The notes beneath the pieces are model-generated. The model was not told the DNA's origin. It saw only the letters and a list, made by a program, of their open reading frames with translations, and searched no databases. Shown here in pieces: positions 47,750 through 57,125 of a DNA stretch of 64,000 nucleotides. The stretch comes from an uncultured Candidatus Saccharibacteria bacterium (GTDB taxonomy: Bacteria > Patescibacteriota > Minisyncoccia > Minisyncoccales > CAZUZH01). The first letter of the stretch is position 1. Each line of letters starts with the position of its first letter. Location of the stretch: NCBI GenBank assembly GCA_964624815.1, contig CAZUZH010000001.1:1090-65089 (forward strand), read 5' to 3'. Position numbers and translations under genes: made by a program.

Positions 47750-48736
47750 ATGGACAAAAAGAAAAGAAAAAAAATATTAATTGGAGGATTGGCTATGTTG
47801 ACTTTTTTAGTTGTTTTGTTTTTTAGTTTTGGAAAACAACTTTCAAGTTTTCTTGCCTCTGTTTTTTTAACGGCCGCAAATAAAACAGTTGCTTTAGAAA
47901 TTTTATACCCTGGAGCCTATGAATATTCTGCCAATCCCGGCGACACAATTACCTTCCCTGTTTTTATTGAAAACATTTCTCCAGAAAGAGTAAAGATAAC
48001 ACAGATAGTCTTGGGAAGCCAGGATTATAATAATTTCTTAGAATTTATTGAGGAAAACTCTTGTACTATTGATTATATAGATTCTAAGGGCATTCATGAG
48101 TATTATTTAGTTGATTCCGGTCAAAATTCTTCTAATGGCTGCAGAATTTTTAATATATCTCCTAATATTGGTTTAGCAATAGGACGCATCTATAGGTATC
48201 AAGTCTCAGCCACATTAAAGGACAATATTTCCATAAACGAGATAAGGATTGAATTAACCGATATTTATGGTTCCAATATCAACAGCGGCACTCCGATAAA
48301 AAGTCAGGGTTCTTTATCGGCAAATATAAAGATTTTGCAACCCGCACCAATATGTCAAAATCCTTTTTATCAGTGTTCCGCTGATTTAAAAAAGGTTTTA
48401 AAAGTCTGTGAAGATGGAACAAGCTCTACTTATCAAGATTGTTCTCAAGAGAACAAGGTTTGTTCTAATGGACAATGTATTGAAAAAATTATTCCTATTC
48501 CTCAAGCCTGTTCTGACGGCACCGTTTACGGCGAATGCTCCCAAACTAAACCAAAATACTGCCAAAACGGAATTTTGATTAATCATTGTAAGTACTGCGG
48601 TTGTATTTCTGGTCAAATTTGTGAAAGCGATAGCACTTGTCAATGGCCGGAGTCGGAGCCGGAAGCAGATGGCTATATTCAGATTGAGGGAGTAAAAACT
48701 CAATACAACATTGGAGAACAAGTGATATTAAAATAA
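47750..48736 (+). CDS. Membrane-anchored protein with Ig-like and Cys-rich domains
   Basis: N-terminal TM; CSDGTVYGECS..KPKYC..G.L..C..CGC. Confidence 0.75.
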   Translation: MDKKKRKKILIGGLAMLTFLVVLFFSFGKQLSSFLASVFLTAANKTVALEILYPGAYEYSANPGDTITFPVFIENISPERVKITQIVLGSQDYNNFLEFIEENSCTIDYIDSKGIHEYYLVDSGQNSSNGCRIFNISPNIGLAIGRIYRYQVSATLKDNISINEIRIELTDIYGSNINSGTPIKSQGSLSANIKILQPAPICQNPFYQCSADLKKVLKVCEDGTSSTYQDCSQENKVCSNGQCIEKIIPIPQACSDGTVYGECSQTKPKYCQNGILINHCKYCGCISGQICESDSTCQWPESEPEADGYIQIEGVKTQYNIGEQVILK

Positions 48737-48761
48737 GTCGGATTTTACCGACTTTTATTTT

Positions 48762-50453
48762 ATGGAGAAAAAATTACTATCAAACAAAATTAGATTTCCT
48801 TTTCTGATAAGTTTTCTTTTAGCGCTTATTTTGTTGTTTTCATCTTTGATAGCTTTAGGCCAGGTAACCATTCCTGAGAGCATTATTGATCTTCTCAAAA
48901 TTCCTCCCGAAATTAAAAAACCACTTCGTGGAATTTTAATTCAGAATGGAAATAAGGAACCAATTATAGGGGTAGCAGTTGAGAAACAGCCGGATATTCC
49001 AGCTGAATTTTTTGAGAAAGGAAGGACAAAATATTGGATGGAGGTAGAATATGACCCGGAAAAAACTGAAATAGTTCGCGACTACTTGGAAGTTGCTTAT
49101 ATAACCCTGAGAGTTTGGCAGGCCCACATAGACGAGAGCGGGGCTCGGAGGATTACTAAGGGCGGATATGCCGGCTTGGTATACTTTCAAGAGTTAAGCA
49201 ATCCGGCAATTTATGATGGATTAAGCGGAGCAACACGACTAGGAGATCCGGAAGTTGCAAAATCAAACGATTGGCTCTGGGTTCAGGGCAAAGATAATAA
49301 ATATAATCAGGAATTAAGCTTCGGCTTAACTTCAATCCATTATAGATATGCGAGCCAGAAATTAGCTAAAATAAAAGTTTATTCAAAAGATGACGCAACT
49401 AATCTTTGTCAAAAACCTGAAATTAAAGAAATAAAACAATGGGTTGATTACCGGAAAATAATCGGACAAAAAGATCCTGCCGGCAATTATCGCTATCACT
49501 TAGTCAGGAGAAAACCGTTGCCCGGGGAGACGTTGGGTGAAATTGTTGGCGCTGAAGATATATGTGACGGTGGCGCTGATTGGTTTAAGGCGGCTATCGT
49601 TGACGCACTAAATAAAAACAATGATATTTTTGGCAAGGTCCAAGCCGTTAATATTTCATATGAGATAAAAGAGTCTGGAGAAAAATACGGCACGGCAGTG
49701 ACAGCTGAAACCGATGGCAGAACGATTACATTTTATATTGCCAAACCAGAACAAAGCGCAAAGATTTTAAGGTTGAATTTACCCTACAAAAGTGTGTATA
49801 ATTATTATCATCAATTAACTCGGACAGATATTATTAAACACGAGGCAACCCATACTTATCATAATTGGGCTTTGGCTAATAAAAGTGCGAGCGGAATAAA
49901 AGACATTGATACCGATAAACTTCCTGCTTACGACAGAGACATGGGAATAGCCTGGGGCTGGCAGATTGATTCTTCGCAGAAAAACGGATTCAGAGGCGAC
50001 TTGAAGTCGGACGATTCAGTTTATATTAGGCCAAAAACTAATATTACTAAAAGCTTTACAATTACTCCAGCTACAAAAAATAATTGGCAGTATTTCAAAG
50101 ATTTGATTTTTAGTAATATCCCAGATGAAAAACCAATAGTTGGCCTCGGAGAGGTGCCAAATGGTTATATTTATCCCAATATGGCTACTGTTACTTTTTA
50201 CTGGATAGAAGATTTTTCACTTTCTTATCAGGCTAAGAATGTTTTAAAAGCTTATTCTGAATGTGTAGACCTTGAACAAAACTCGCTTACCTTTGAGGTA
50301 AGCCGTGGAAATGATTTTGTAAATATGCTGATTTTTAAAGATTTTTTACCAAAAGTAAATCAGTTGGAGATTACTTATGCTATAGCAACGCCGCATCATC
50401 CTGAAGAGTATGATTGTGAACAAACGGCTGGCGGAGAATATGTTGGCAAATAA
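48762..50453 (+). CDS. Secreted hypothetical protein with HExxH (putative zinc metallopeptidase)
   Basis: Signal peptide; IIKHEATHTYH. Confidence 0.65.
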   Translation: MEKKLLSNKIRFPFLISFLLALILLFSSLIALGQVTIPESIIDLLKIPPEIKKPLRGILIQNGNKEPIIGVAVEKQPDIPAEFFEKGRTKYWMEVEYDPEKTEIVRDYLEVAYITLRVWQAHIDESGARRITKGGYAGLVYFQELSNPAIYDGLSGATRLGDPEVAKSNDWLWVQGKDNKYNQELSFGLTSIHYRYASQKLAKIKVYSKDDATNLCQKPEIKEIKQWVDYRKIIGQKDPAGNYRYHLVRRKPLPGETLGEIVGAEDICDGGADWFKAAIVDALNKNNDIFGKVQAVNISYEIKESGEKYGTAVTAETDGRTITFYIAKPEQSAKILRLNLPYKSVYNYYHQLTRTDIIKHEATHTYHNWALANKSASGIKDIDTDKLPAYDRDMGIAWGWQIDSSQKNGFRGDLKSDDSVYIRPKTNITKSFTITPATKNNWQYFKDLIFSNIPDEKPIVGLGEVPNGYIYPNMATVTFYWIEDFSLSYQAKNVLKAYSECVDLEQNSLTFEVSRGNDFVNMLIFKDFLPKVNQLEITYAIATPHHPEEYDCEQTAGGEYVGK

Positions 50454-50468
50454 TAATAAAAATAAAAA

Positions 50469-52034
50469 ATGATGAAAAACAATACAATTTTTAAACTTTT
50501 TATTATTGTTATCATTTCTACTTTCTTCTTTGTCAACAGAGCTGATGCTTTGAGTGTTTTGAAGTTTATTGGAAACGAAACAGAAATAGAAAAAATATCA
50601 GTTATTGAAAATATTTCTGATGAATTCGCTATGAAAACTCGAATAGAATCATTAATAAACGATTCTTCAGTGAATATTCGCTGGAATGCGGCAAAAATGT
50701 TATCTGACATTGGCGATGACCAGAGTTTAAAACTTCTGCAAATTCAAATAACAAGAGAGACAGATAGATTAGCGAAAGACCAAGAAATACAAGCTATTTA
50801 TGCTATAAAATTCAGATTAGCTGTTCTATCTGGAGGCAATCCCGAAAATGAACTCTTGGAATTTTTCTCTTCTGGATATTATCCCCTAAGAAGCGGTATG
50901 ACCTCTAGAGAATCTTATGGAAGCGCCGTTTATGCAATAAACCAATTAGCCTTGATTGGTTCTTCCACTGTGCGTTCTTATATTGGTCAAATTTTGGATT
51001 TAAGCAATACTCAAGATCTCGGCCTTCTACCAGAAACCTGCAACAGGTCTATTTATATATTAGATAATTATCGCATCCCGCAAAAATATGTAGTGGCTTT
51101 AAAGACAGGAGATTTGGGATTAAAATACTGGGCAGCTAAAGAGTTAAGAAAAAGAGCAAAAACTGAAGTTTTGACTGCTGATAACAAAACAGTAATTGAT
51201 TTATTGAAAGCTCAGTTATTTTTTGCCCAAAATAATGGATATGAGGATTATTATAATTACATCAACGATATTCTTAAAAATACCTTTAGAGAAACAGTGA
51301 GTTATGTTGAGCCTCAAAGTGTTTATGAAAATAAACCTCCAGTCATTACTCAAATACCCGACAAATCTATTTATGAAGGCAAGAGCTTGACCATTAAAAT
51401 TACAGCTGATGACCCAGATGGGGGGTTGCCAAAATTAGTACCATATATCACGATAAAGCCATTGCCAGAAGGAGCAACGCTTCAGAGTAATGTTTTTCAT
51501 TGGACTCCGGAAATTAATCAAGAAGGCTCTTATAGAACAACTATTTTTGCCCAAGACGAATCAGGAAGCGTCTCTTCTGTATCCTTTAACATCAATGTTT
51601 TAGGATTAGCGCCAGAATCAGTCCTTAAAAACACTGGCAATACGGCTCTTTCAGGCTATTTGTTAATGAAGGTTCAAAAATTAATAGACAGCAACAGCTG
51701 GCAGGATTATAGGCTTGTAGCAATAGACGGGGCATCAAGAACGATTCAACCTGGCGAAACCGTAAATCTTAAACATATCTTGAATATCCGGAACTACATC
51801 GCCGAAGAAGCCGGAAGCTTCAGAATTTACGCCAGTTTTCTTAATGAGCAAGGAGATGTTTTATTTTCCGACACTGATGAATTTGAAGTTTTGGCATCGC
51901 AGGAAGAAGTATTGATTCCAATATCATCATTAAGCCAAGAGAAAACAACTATTGAAAAAATTAAACAAAAAATCGCTATCACTCAGCAAAGAATTATACA
52001 GCTTTTAAGTCAGCTTATTCAAATTTTAAGGTAA
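50469..52034 (+). CDS. Secreted HEAT-repeat plus Ig/cadherin-like protein
   Basis: Signal peptide, VNIRWNAAKMLSDIG, NKPPVI..ADDPDG..LPEGA..FHWTP, C-terminal coiled coil. Confidence 0.75.
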   Translation: MMKNNTIFKLFIIVIISTFFFVNRADALSVLKFIGNETEIEKISVIENISDEFAMKTRIESLINDSSVNIRWNAAKMLSDIGDDQSLKLLQIQITRETDRLAKDQEIQAIYAIKFRLAVLSGGNPENELLEFFSSGYYPLRSGMTSRESYGSAVYAINQLALIGSSTVRSYIGQILDLSNTQDLGLLPETCNRSIYILDNYRIPQKYVVALKTGDLGLKYWAAKELRKRAKTEVLTADNKTVIDLLKAQLFFAQNNGYEDYYNYINDILKNTFRETVSYVEPQSVYENKPPVITQIPDKSIYEGKSLTIKITADDPDGGLPKLVPYITIKPLPEGATLQSNVFHWTPEINQEGSYRTTIFAQDESGSVSSVSFNINVLGLAPESVLKNTGNTALSGYLLMKVQKLIDSNSWQDYRLVAIDGASRTIQPGETVNLKHILNIRNYIAEEAGSFRIYASFLNEQGDVLFSDTDEFEVLASQEEVLIPISSLSQEKTTIEKIKQKIAITQQRIIQLLSQLIQILR

Positions 52035-52047
52035 AAAGTCATATAAC

Positions 52048-52076
52048 AAAAACCCCGCGCAGATCGCGGGGTTTTT
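52048..52076. terminator. Bidirectional terminator between convergent genes
   Basis: AAAAACCCCGCG-CAGAT-CGCGGGGTTTTT. Confidence 0.85.
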
Positions 52077-52092
52077 GTTATATGTAATCATA

Positions 52093-54204
52093 TTACTTCA
52101 CAAAATCGCATTCTTTATTGCTGCATTTGATTTTTTTACCGGATTCCACAAGCAAAGAGCCGCATTTTGGGCAATTTTCTCCAGTTCCTGCCTGCCGGCC
52201 AGGCAGGGGTTTGTCCCACAAAGCAAAATCGCATTTTGGATATTGGTTGCAGGCATAAAATATTTTTCCTTTTTTAGTTTTCTTTTCAGTAATTTCGCCT
52301 TGACCGCACTTAGGGCATTTTATTCCAAGAGTTTGTTTCTCTAATGGTTCAGTGTATTTGCATTCAGGAAACTTTGGACAGGCGTAGAATTTGCCAAATC
52401 TGCCAAGCCGAATGACAAGTTTTGCTCCGCACTTGGGGCATTTTTTTTCAGTTTCTTTAATAATGCCTTTTTTAGAAACCTCTTCATATTTCTTTTCAAG
52501 ATTTTTAGCAAAAGGCTCATAAAACTTTCGGACAATCGGCTGCCATTTTTCTTTGCCTTGAGAAATTTTGTCTAAATCTTTTTCCATATTAGCTGTAAAT
52601 TTAATATTAACAATTTTTGGGAAATGTTTAACTAAAAGGTCATTAACAATTTCACCAATTTCTGTTGGCTGGAATTTTTTATTCTCATTTTTTTCAACAT
52701 AATTTCTTGTTTGAATGGTGGAAAGAGTCGGAGCATAAGTTGATGGACGACCAATATCATTTTGCTCCAAAGCCTTAATCAGGGTCGCCTCACTGTATCT
52801 CGGAGCAGGCTGGGTAAAGTGCTGGGAAGGAATAAGTTTGAGCAGTTCTAATATTTCATTTTCTTTCAGTAAAGGCAATTCTGCTTCCTGAAACTTTATG
52901 GGAAAGATTTTCAGAAATCCGTCAAATTTTAAAATTTGGCCCGTGGCCCGAAAAGTATAGTTATCGGCTTCAATATTTATTGCAGTGGAGTCAAAAACAG
53001 CTTGAGCCATTTGAGATGCTGTAAATCTTCTCCATATTAAATCATAAAGCTTAAATTGCCTGCTGTCTAGTTTTTCCTGCCCAGTAGCATCCCGAAGGGA
53101 TTGCTTCGGGGCCTTAATTTTCAATTGGTCTGGAATACGGTCAGGATAAGTTGGTCTAATTGCTTCGTGGGCTTCCTGGGCCCTGCCTTTAGCCTTGTAT
53201 TTTCTCAGAAATCCAGCCCAGTATTCTTTTCCATAGTTTTCAAAGATAAATTTTTTAGCCCCGAAAAGAGCTAAATCAGAAAGATTCAAAGAATCTGTCC
53301 TGTGATAAGTGATATGTCCTCTTTCATAAAGCTGCTGTGCTAAGCTCATTGTCATTTTAGCTGGAAATCGGAGTTTTTTCCATGATTCCTGTTGAAGGGT
53401 ACTAGTAGTAAAAGGAGGCAATGGATTTCTTTTTACTTCTTTTTTTTCAACATTTGAAATCTTATATTCTGTTTTGTCCAAATCTTTAACAATTTCCTCA
53501 GCCTCTTTTTTGTTTTTAATTCCAAGCTTGGGAATTGTTTTTCCATCTTTTTTTATCAGTAAAGCTTTAAATTCTTGCTTTGCGTCAGTTTCGCGCGATT
53601 GAAGCAAGGCTTCAATTGACCAGTATTCCTGCGCTTTGAAGTTCTTAATTTCTTTTTCTCTTTCAACTACTAAACGGACAGTCACTGACTGGACCCTGCC
53701 GGCAGAAAGTCCTTTGACAACCTTTTTCCATAAGAAAGGTGAAAGCTTGTATCCAACAATTCTATCCAAGACTCTCCGAGCTTGCTGTGCATCAACCAAA
53801 TTCATATCAATTTCCCTTGGCTTTTTCACAGCTTCCTTAATCGCCTGTTTAGTAATTTCGTGAAACACTATCCTTTGATAGGGTTTGGTGTTTGGTGTTT
53901 GGTGCTTCCCAAGTCCTAAGGCTTTGGTAAGATGCCAGGCTATTGCTTCACCCTCTCTATCCTCGTCAGTAGCCAAGATAACTGTTTCTGTTTTTTCTAA
54001 TGCTTTTTTCAAAATATTTACATTTTTTCTGGCTTTAAGCGGAACAACATATTTAGGTTTGAAGTTATTTCCAAAATCTATTCCCAATTCACCTTTTGGT
54101 AAATCACGAATATGACCCATAGTTGCGGCAATTTGGTAATTTTTTCCAAGAAACCCTCTCAGGGTCTTGGATTTTGTTGGTGATTCGACTATTACGAGAT
54201 TCAT
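52093..54204 (-). CDS. topA: DNA topoisomerase I
   Basis: LVIVESPTK, ATDEDREGE, SAGRVQS, ITYHRTDS, IGRPSTY, C-terminal Zn ribbons. Confidence 0.97.
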   Translation of the reverse strand: MNLVIVESPTKSKTLRGFLGKNYQIAATMGHIRDLPKGELGIDFGNNFKPKYVVPLKARKNVNILKKALEKTETVILATDEDREGEAIAWHLTKALGLGKHQTPNTKPYQRIVFHEITKQAIKEAVKKPREIDMNLVDAQQARRVLDRIVGYKLSPFLWKKVVKGLSAGRVQSVTVRLVVEREKEIKNFKAQEYWSIEALLQSRETDAKQEFKALLIKKDGKTIPKLGIKNKKEAEEIVKDLDKTEYKISNVEKKEVKRNPLPPFTTSTLQQESWKKLRFPAKMTMSLAQQLYERGHITYHRTDSLNLSDLALFGAKKFIFENYGKEYWAGFLRKYKAKGRAQEAHEAIRPTYPDRIPDQLKIKAPKQSLRDATGQEKLDSRQFKLYDLIWRRFTASQMAQAVFDSTAINIEADNYTFRATGQILKFDGFLKIFPIKFQEAELPLLKENEILELLKLIPSQHFTQPAPRYSEATLIKALEQNDIGRPSTYAPTLSTIQTRNYVEKNENKKFQPTEIGEIVNDLLVKHFPKIVNIKFTANMEKDLDKISQGKEKWQPIVRKFYEPFAKNLEKKYEEVSKKGIIKETEKKCPKCGAKLVIRLGRFGKFYACPKFPECKYTEPLEKQTLGIKCPKCGQGEITEKKTKKGKIFYACNQYPKCDFALWDKPLPGRQAGTGENCPKCGSLLVESGKKIKCSNKECDFVK

Positions 54205-54253
54205 AAAAGAAAAATTTAAAATTGTCAAATTTATTTTTAAAGCAACCCTACGG

Positions 54254-54284
54254 GTCCCGTTAGAGGCAACGCCTCTAACGGGAC
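54254..54284. mobile_element. Intergenic CCCGTTAGA/TCTAACGGG mini-element
   Basis: GTCCCGTTAGAGGC-AAC-GCCTCTAACGGGAC. Confidence 0.75.
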
Positions 54285-54333
54285 GGAGAGTCTGACGATT
54301 AGAGTCATCCAGGTAAAATTGTAAAATTAGAAA

Positions 54334-55206
54334 TTAGCGCTTTAGCGCGAAGGTATTTCCTCCCAAATTTCTGACCCTGCCCTTTATCTCTAATATAGTG
54401 AGACTACTTGAGACTTCTGGAGCAGGAAGTTTTGTTTTTTCAATGATTTTATCAATAGATAAAGCTTCTTGCCTTAGCACTTGTAAGATTAATCGATCAT
54501 TTTTATTGGCTGCGTTTTGAGGAGCGGCTTTAGGAATTGCGCAAGTTAAATTTAGTTCTTGTAAAATATCATTAGCGTTTTCAGCTAATTGGGCGCCAGT
54601 TTTGATTAAATAATTACATCCTTTGCTGTTGGGAAAATAGATAGAGCCTGGTATAGCAAAGATTTTTCTTTGGTGTAGACGGGCATAGTTAGCAGTAATC
54701 AGGCTTCCTCCTTTTTGCGGAGATTCAATTACTAAGACGCCAAGAGATAACCCTGAAACAATTCTGTTTCTCCGCGGAAAAGTGAATTGAGTGCCTCGGG
54801 TGCCGGGCGGATACTCCGACATTAGACAGCCGTTATTTTCTAAAATTTTTTGAGATAATCTTAAATTTGATTGAGGATAAATGCTTTTTTCATCAATGCC
54901 TGTTCCCAAAACGGCCATTGTTCGTTTTTTATTTTCTACTGCGGCTTGATGGCTAAAAGTATCAATTCCCGGCGCCAGACCGCTGACAATGGTTAAGCCG
55001 GCATCAGCTAATTGGCCAGCAATTTCCAGAGCAACTTGCTTGCCGTAGTTGGAATATCGGCGAGTTCCAACAATCGCAAAACAATTTTCATCAGTTTTTA
55101 TTTCTCCTCTGATATAGAGCTTTTCCGGCGAGTCAGGAATTTGCCTCAATAGTTTTGGATAATTTTTATCGTTTATAGTTATGGTATAAATTTGTTGACA
55201 ATCCAT
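54334..55206 (-). CDS. dprA: DNA-protecting protein DprA
   Basis: AIVGTR, IVSGLAPGID, FPRRNRIVSGLS, C-terminal winged helix. Confidence 0.96.
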   Translation of the reverse strand: MDCQQIYTITINDKNYPKLLRQIPDSPEKLYIRGEIKTDENCFAIVGTRRYSNYGKQVALEIAGQLADAGLTIVSGLAPGIDTFSHQAAVENKKRTMAVLGTGIDEKSIYPQSNLRLSQKILENNGCLMSEYPPGTRGTQFTFPRRNRIVSGLSLGVLVIESPQKGGSLITANYARLHQRKIFAIPGSIYFPNSKGCNYLIKTGAQLAENANDILQELNLTCAIPKAAPQNAANKNDRLILQVLRQEALSIDKIIEKTKLPAPEVSSSLTILEIKGRVRNLGGNTFALKR

Positions 55207-55290
55207 TTTAAATGAGTATAATTGAACCATAGCACATTGTCAAAAGGTAATCATTGAACATGGAAAATGGAACAGAGAAAGGAGAAAAGG

Positions 55291-55845
55291 ATGTTTGAAA
55301 AAGAAAGTTTTAGCGAGAAAGAAATACGGAAGCATCGCAAAAATTTTATAAAAAGGAGAATCTTAATTCTTAGTGGAGAGATTGACGAAGACAAATCGAA
55401 AATCTTAAGAGGGTTTATTTATGCCTTAAATGAGCGTCCCAAAAAAGAAATTATTCTTTATATTGATAGCATTGGAGGAGACGTAGAACCAGGTTTGTGG
55501 CTCTACGACACAATAAGACTATCTTTGGCACCAATAAAGGGAATAGTTAATGGGAGAGCTAGCTCTATGGCAGCTTTAGTATTGCAGGCTTGTCAAAAAA
55601 GAGTGGCTATGGAACATAGCCAACTTCTACTTCACGCAATCAGAAGCCATGGCATTCCGATGGAGGACGAAGATAAGATTAATGAAGAAATAGAGAAGTC
55701 GCGAGAAATACAAGAGAGAGTTCATAAGATTTTAGTAACAAGAACCGGGAGATCTTTTGAGGAAATTAAGGCACTAGAAAAAAAAGATAAATATATTTCA
55801 GCAAAAGAAGCAAAAGAATTTGGATTAATTGATGAGATTATTTAA
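55291..55845 (+). CDS. clpP: ClpP-like protease subunit (divergent)
   Basis: LYIDSIGG, ASSMA (Ser), LLH, D.YISAKEAKEFGLID; SD-led. Confidence 0.85.
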   Translation: MFEKESFSEKEIRKHRKNFIKRRILILSGEIDEDKSKILRGFIYALNERPKKEIILYIDSIGGDVEPGLWLYDTIRLSLAPIKGIVNGRASSMAALVLQACQKRVAMEHSQLLLHAIRSHGIPMEDEDKINEEIEKSREIQERVHKILVTRTGRSFEEIKALEKKDKYISAKEAKEFGLIDEII

Positions 55846-55851
55846 GTAAGG

Positions 55852-55881
55852 AGCCGAGGGAACTTACCTCGGCTTTTTTTT
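55852..55881 (+). terminator. Intrinsic terminator
   Basis: AGCCGAGG-GAACTTA-CCTCGGCT followed by a T-tract. Confidence 0.8.
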
Positions 55882-55943
55882 GTTTATCCCGTTTCAATGT
55901 CCCGTTTTTCGATATCCCGTTGCCAAGCAACGGGATATCGAAA

Positions 55944-56522
55944 TTAATTAAATTCACTCATTGCTTTTTCAATTCCCTGCCTTAAACTTGTTTCAATTGC
56001 TTTAACTATTTTCTGGAGAGTTTGCTTCAAGATTTTCTTTTCGTCTCTTGTGAATTTTTTGAGAACAAATTTTTTTTCAATCAGTTTGTAATGTTCGTAC
56101 GACGAGACGATAGGCCTAATTCCAATTCGGAAGCGGACAAAATCTTTTGTTCCCAAGTTTTCAATAATTGATTTAATTCCATTGTGGCCAGCTGGACCTC
56201 GGTTTTTAACAATTTTAATTTTGCCTATTTCTAAATCTAAATCATCGTGAACAACCCAAACATTTGACATTTGACATTTGACATTTGACATAATTTTCTT
56301 TACTGTCCTGCCCGATTCATTCATATAGGTCTGGGGTTTGGCTAAAATCACTTCATCGCTATCCCAAAACTTTTTAGAAATTTCAGCATTAAATTTTTTG
56401 GAAAACTTAAATTCAAGAAAATCATTTTCCTTAGCAAATTCATCAATTATTGTAAATCCAAGATTATGCCGCGTCTTGTCAAATTTTTTCCCCGGATTGC
56501 CTAATCCAATAATTAGTGTCAT
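55944..56522 (-). CDS. pth: Peptidyl-tRNA hydrolase
   Basis: GLGNPG..TRHNLG, KPQTYMN.SG, HDDLD, GHNG. Confidence 0.97.
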   Translation of the reverse strand: MTLIIGLGNPGKKFDKTRHNLGFTIIDEFAKENDFLEFKFSKKFNAEISKKFWDSDEVILAKPQTYMNESGRTVKKIMSNVKCQMSNVWVVHDDLDLEIGKIKIVKNRGPAGHNGIKSIIENLGTKDFVRFRIGIRPIVSSYEHYKLIEKKFVLKKFTRDEKKILKQTLQKIVKAIETSLRQGIEKAMSEFN

Positions 56523-56571
56523 GATTATATTATAGCACTCTTGCATAATTAAAAAAAATATAATACAATAA

Positions 56572-57116
56572 GGGGGACGGGATTCGAAATAGAGTCAGCT
56601 TTAGAAGCGAAAGAATGGGTTAAGTTTAGTGCTCTATCTGCGAATATAACATTGGACTGGAAGCTCAAAATTAAGCGAGGTCAAGGAGCGACGACGAAAG
56701 TGTGCTTGAAAAGCACATTGAGGAGGAGCAACACAGAGATCTCTTAATTTTGAGCTTCCCCAAAGGGGCCAGGATATTTTTCCTTCTGGCGTTGTTGCTC
56801 GTCGCTTATGTGCCTAAGGGCACACTGCGCTCTTCGCGCCTAGCCAGAAGAAAAAATCTCTCTGGCCAGTACAGTGTTATGTTCGCAGAGAGAACACCAG
56901 GCACGACGACGAAGGAGTATTAGAACCTAATACTTCAAGGAGGAGTGACGAAGAAATTAGCCCATTCTTTCGCTTCCCTTCGGGCGGGCGAATTCGGGCA
57001 ATCTTCTGCGTTGCTCGTCGCTTATGTATCGCAGAGGATACACTGCTCTCGCTTGCGCCTTGAATATTGCCCGAATTCGCTCCGCTAAATTGATTCTGGT
57101 TCGAATCCCGTCCCCC
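56572..57116. mobile_element. Y-shaped palindromic element with tRNA-like terminal repeats, carrying a nested related element at 56629-56897
   Basis: GGGGGACGGGATTCGAA / TTCGAATCCCGTCCCCC ends; the inner element has its own imperfect 32-bp inverted ends. Confidence 0.8.
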
Positions 57117-57125
57117 AAGAACAAT

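Noticed and set aside
56572-57116. Intron-containing tRNA gene
   Set aside because: The 5' end is simply the reverse complement of the 3' end; no D-arm, anticodon arm or proper T-stem, and no recognisable group I core
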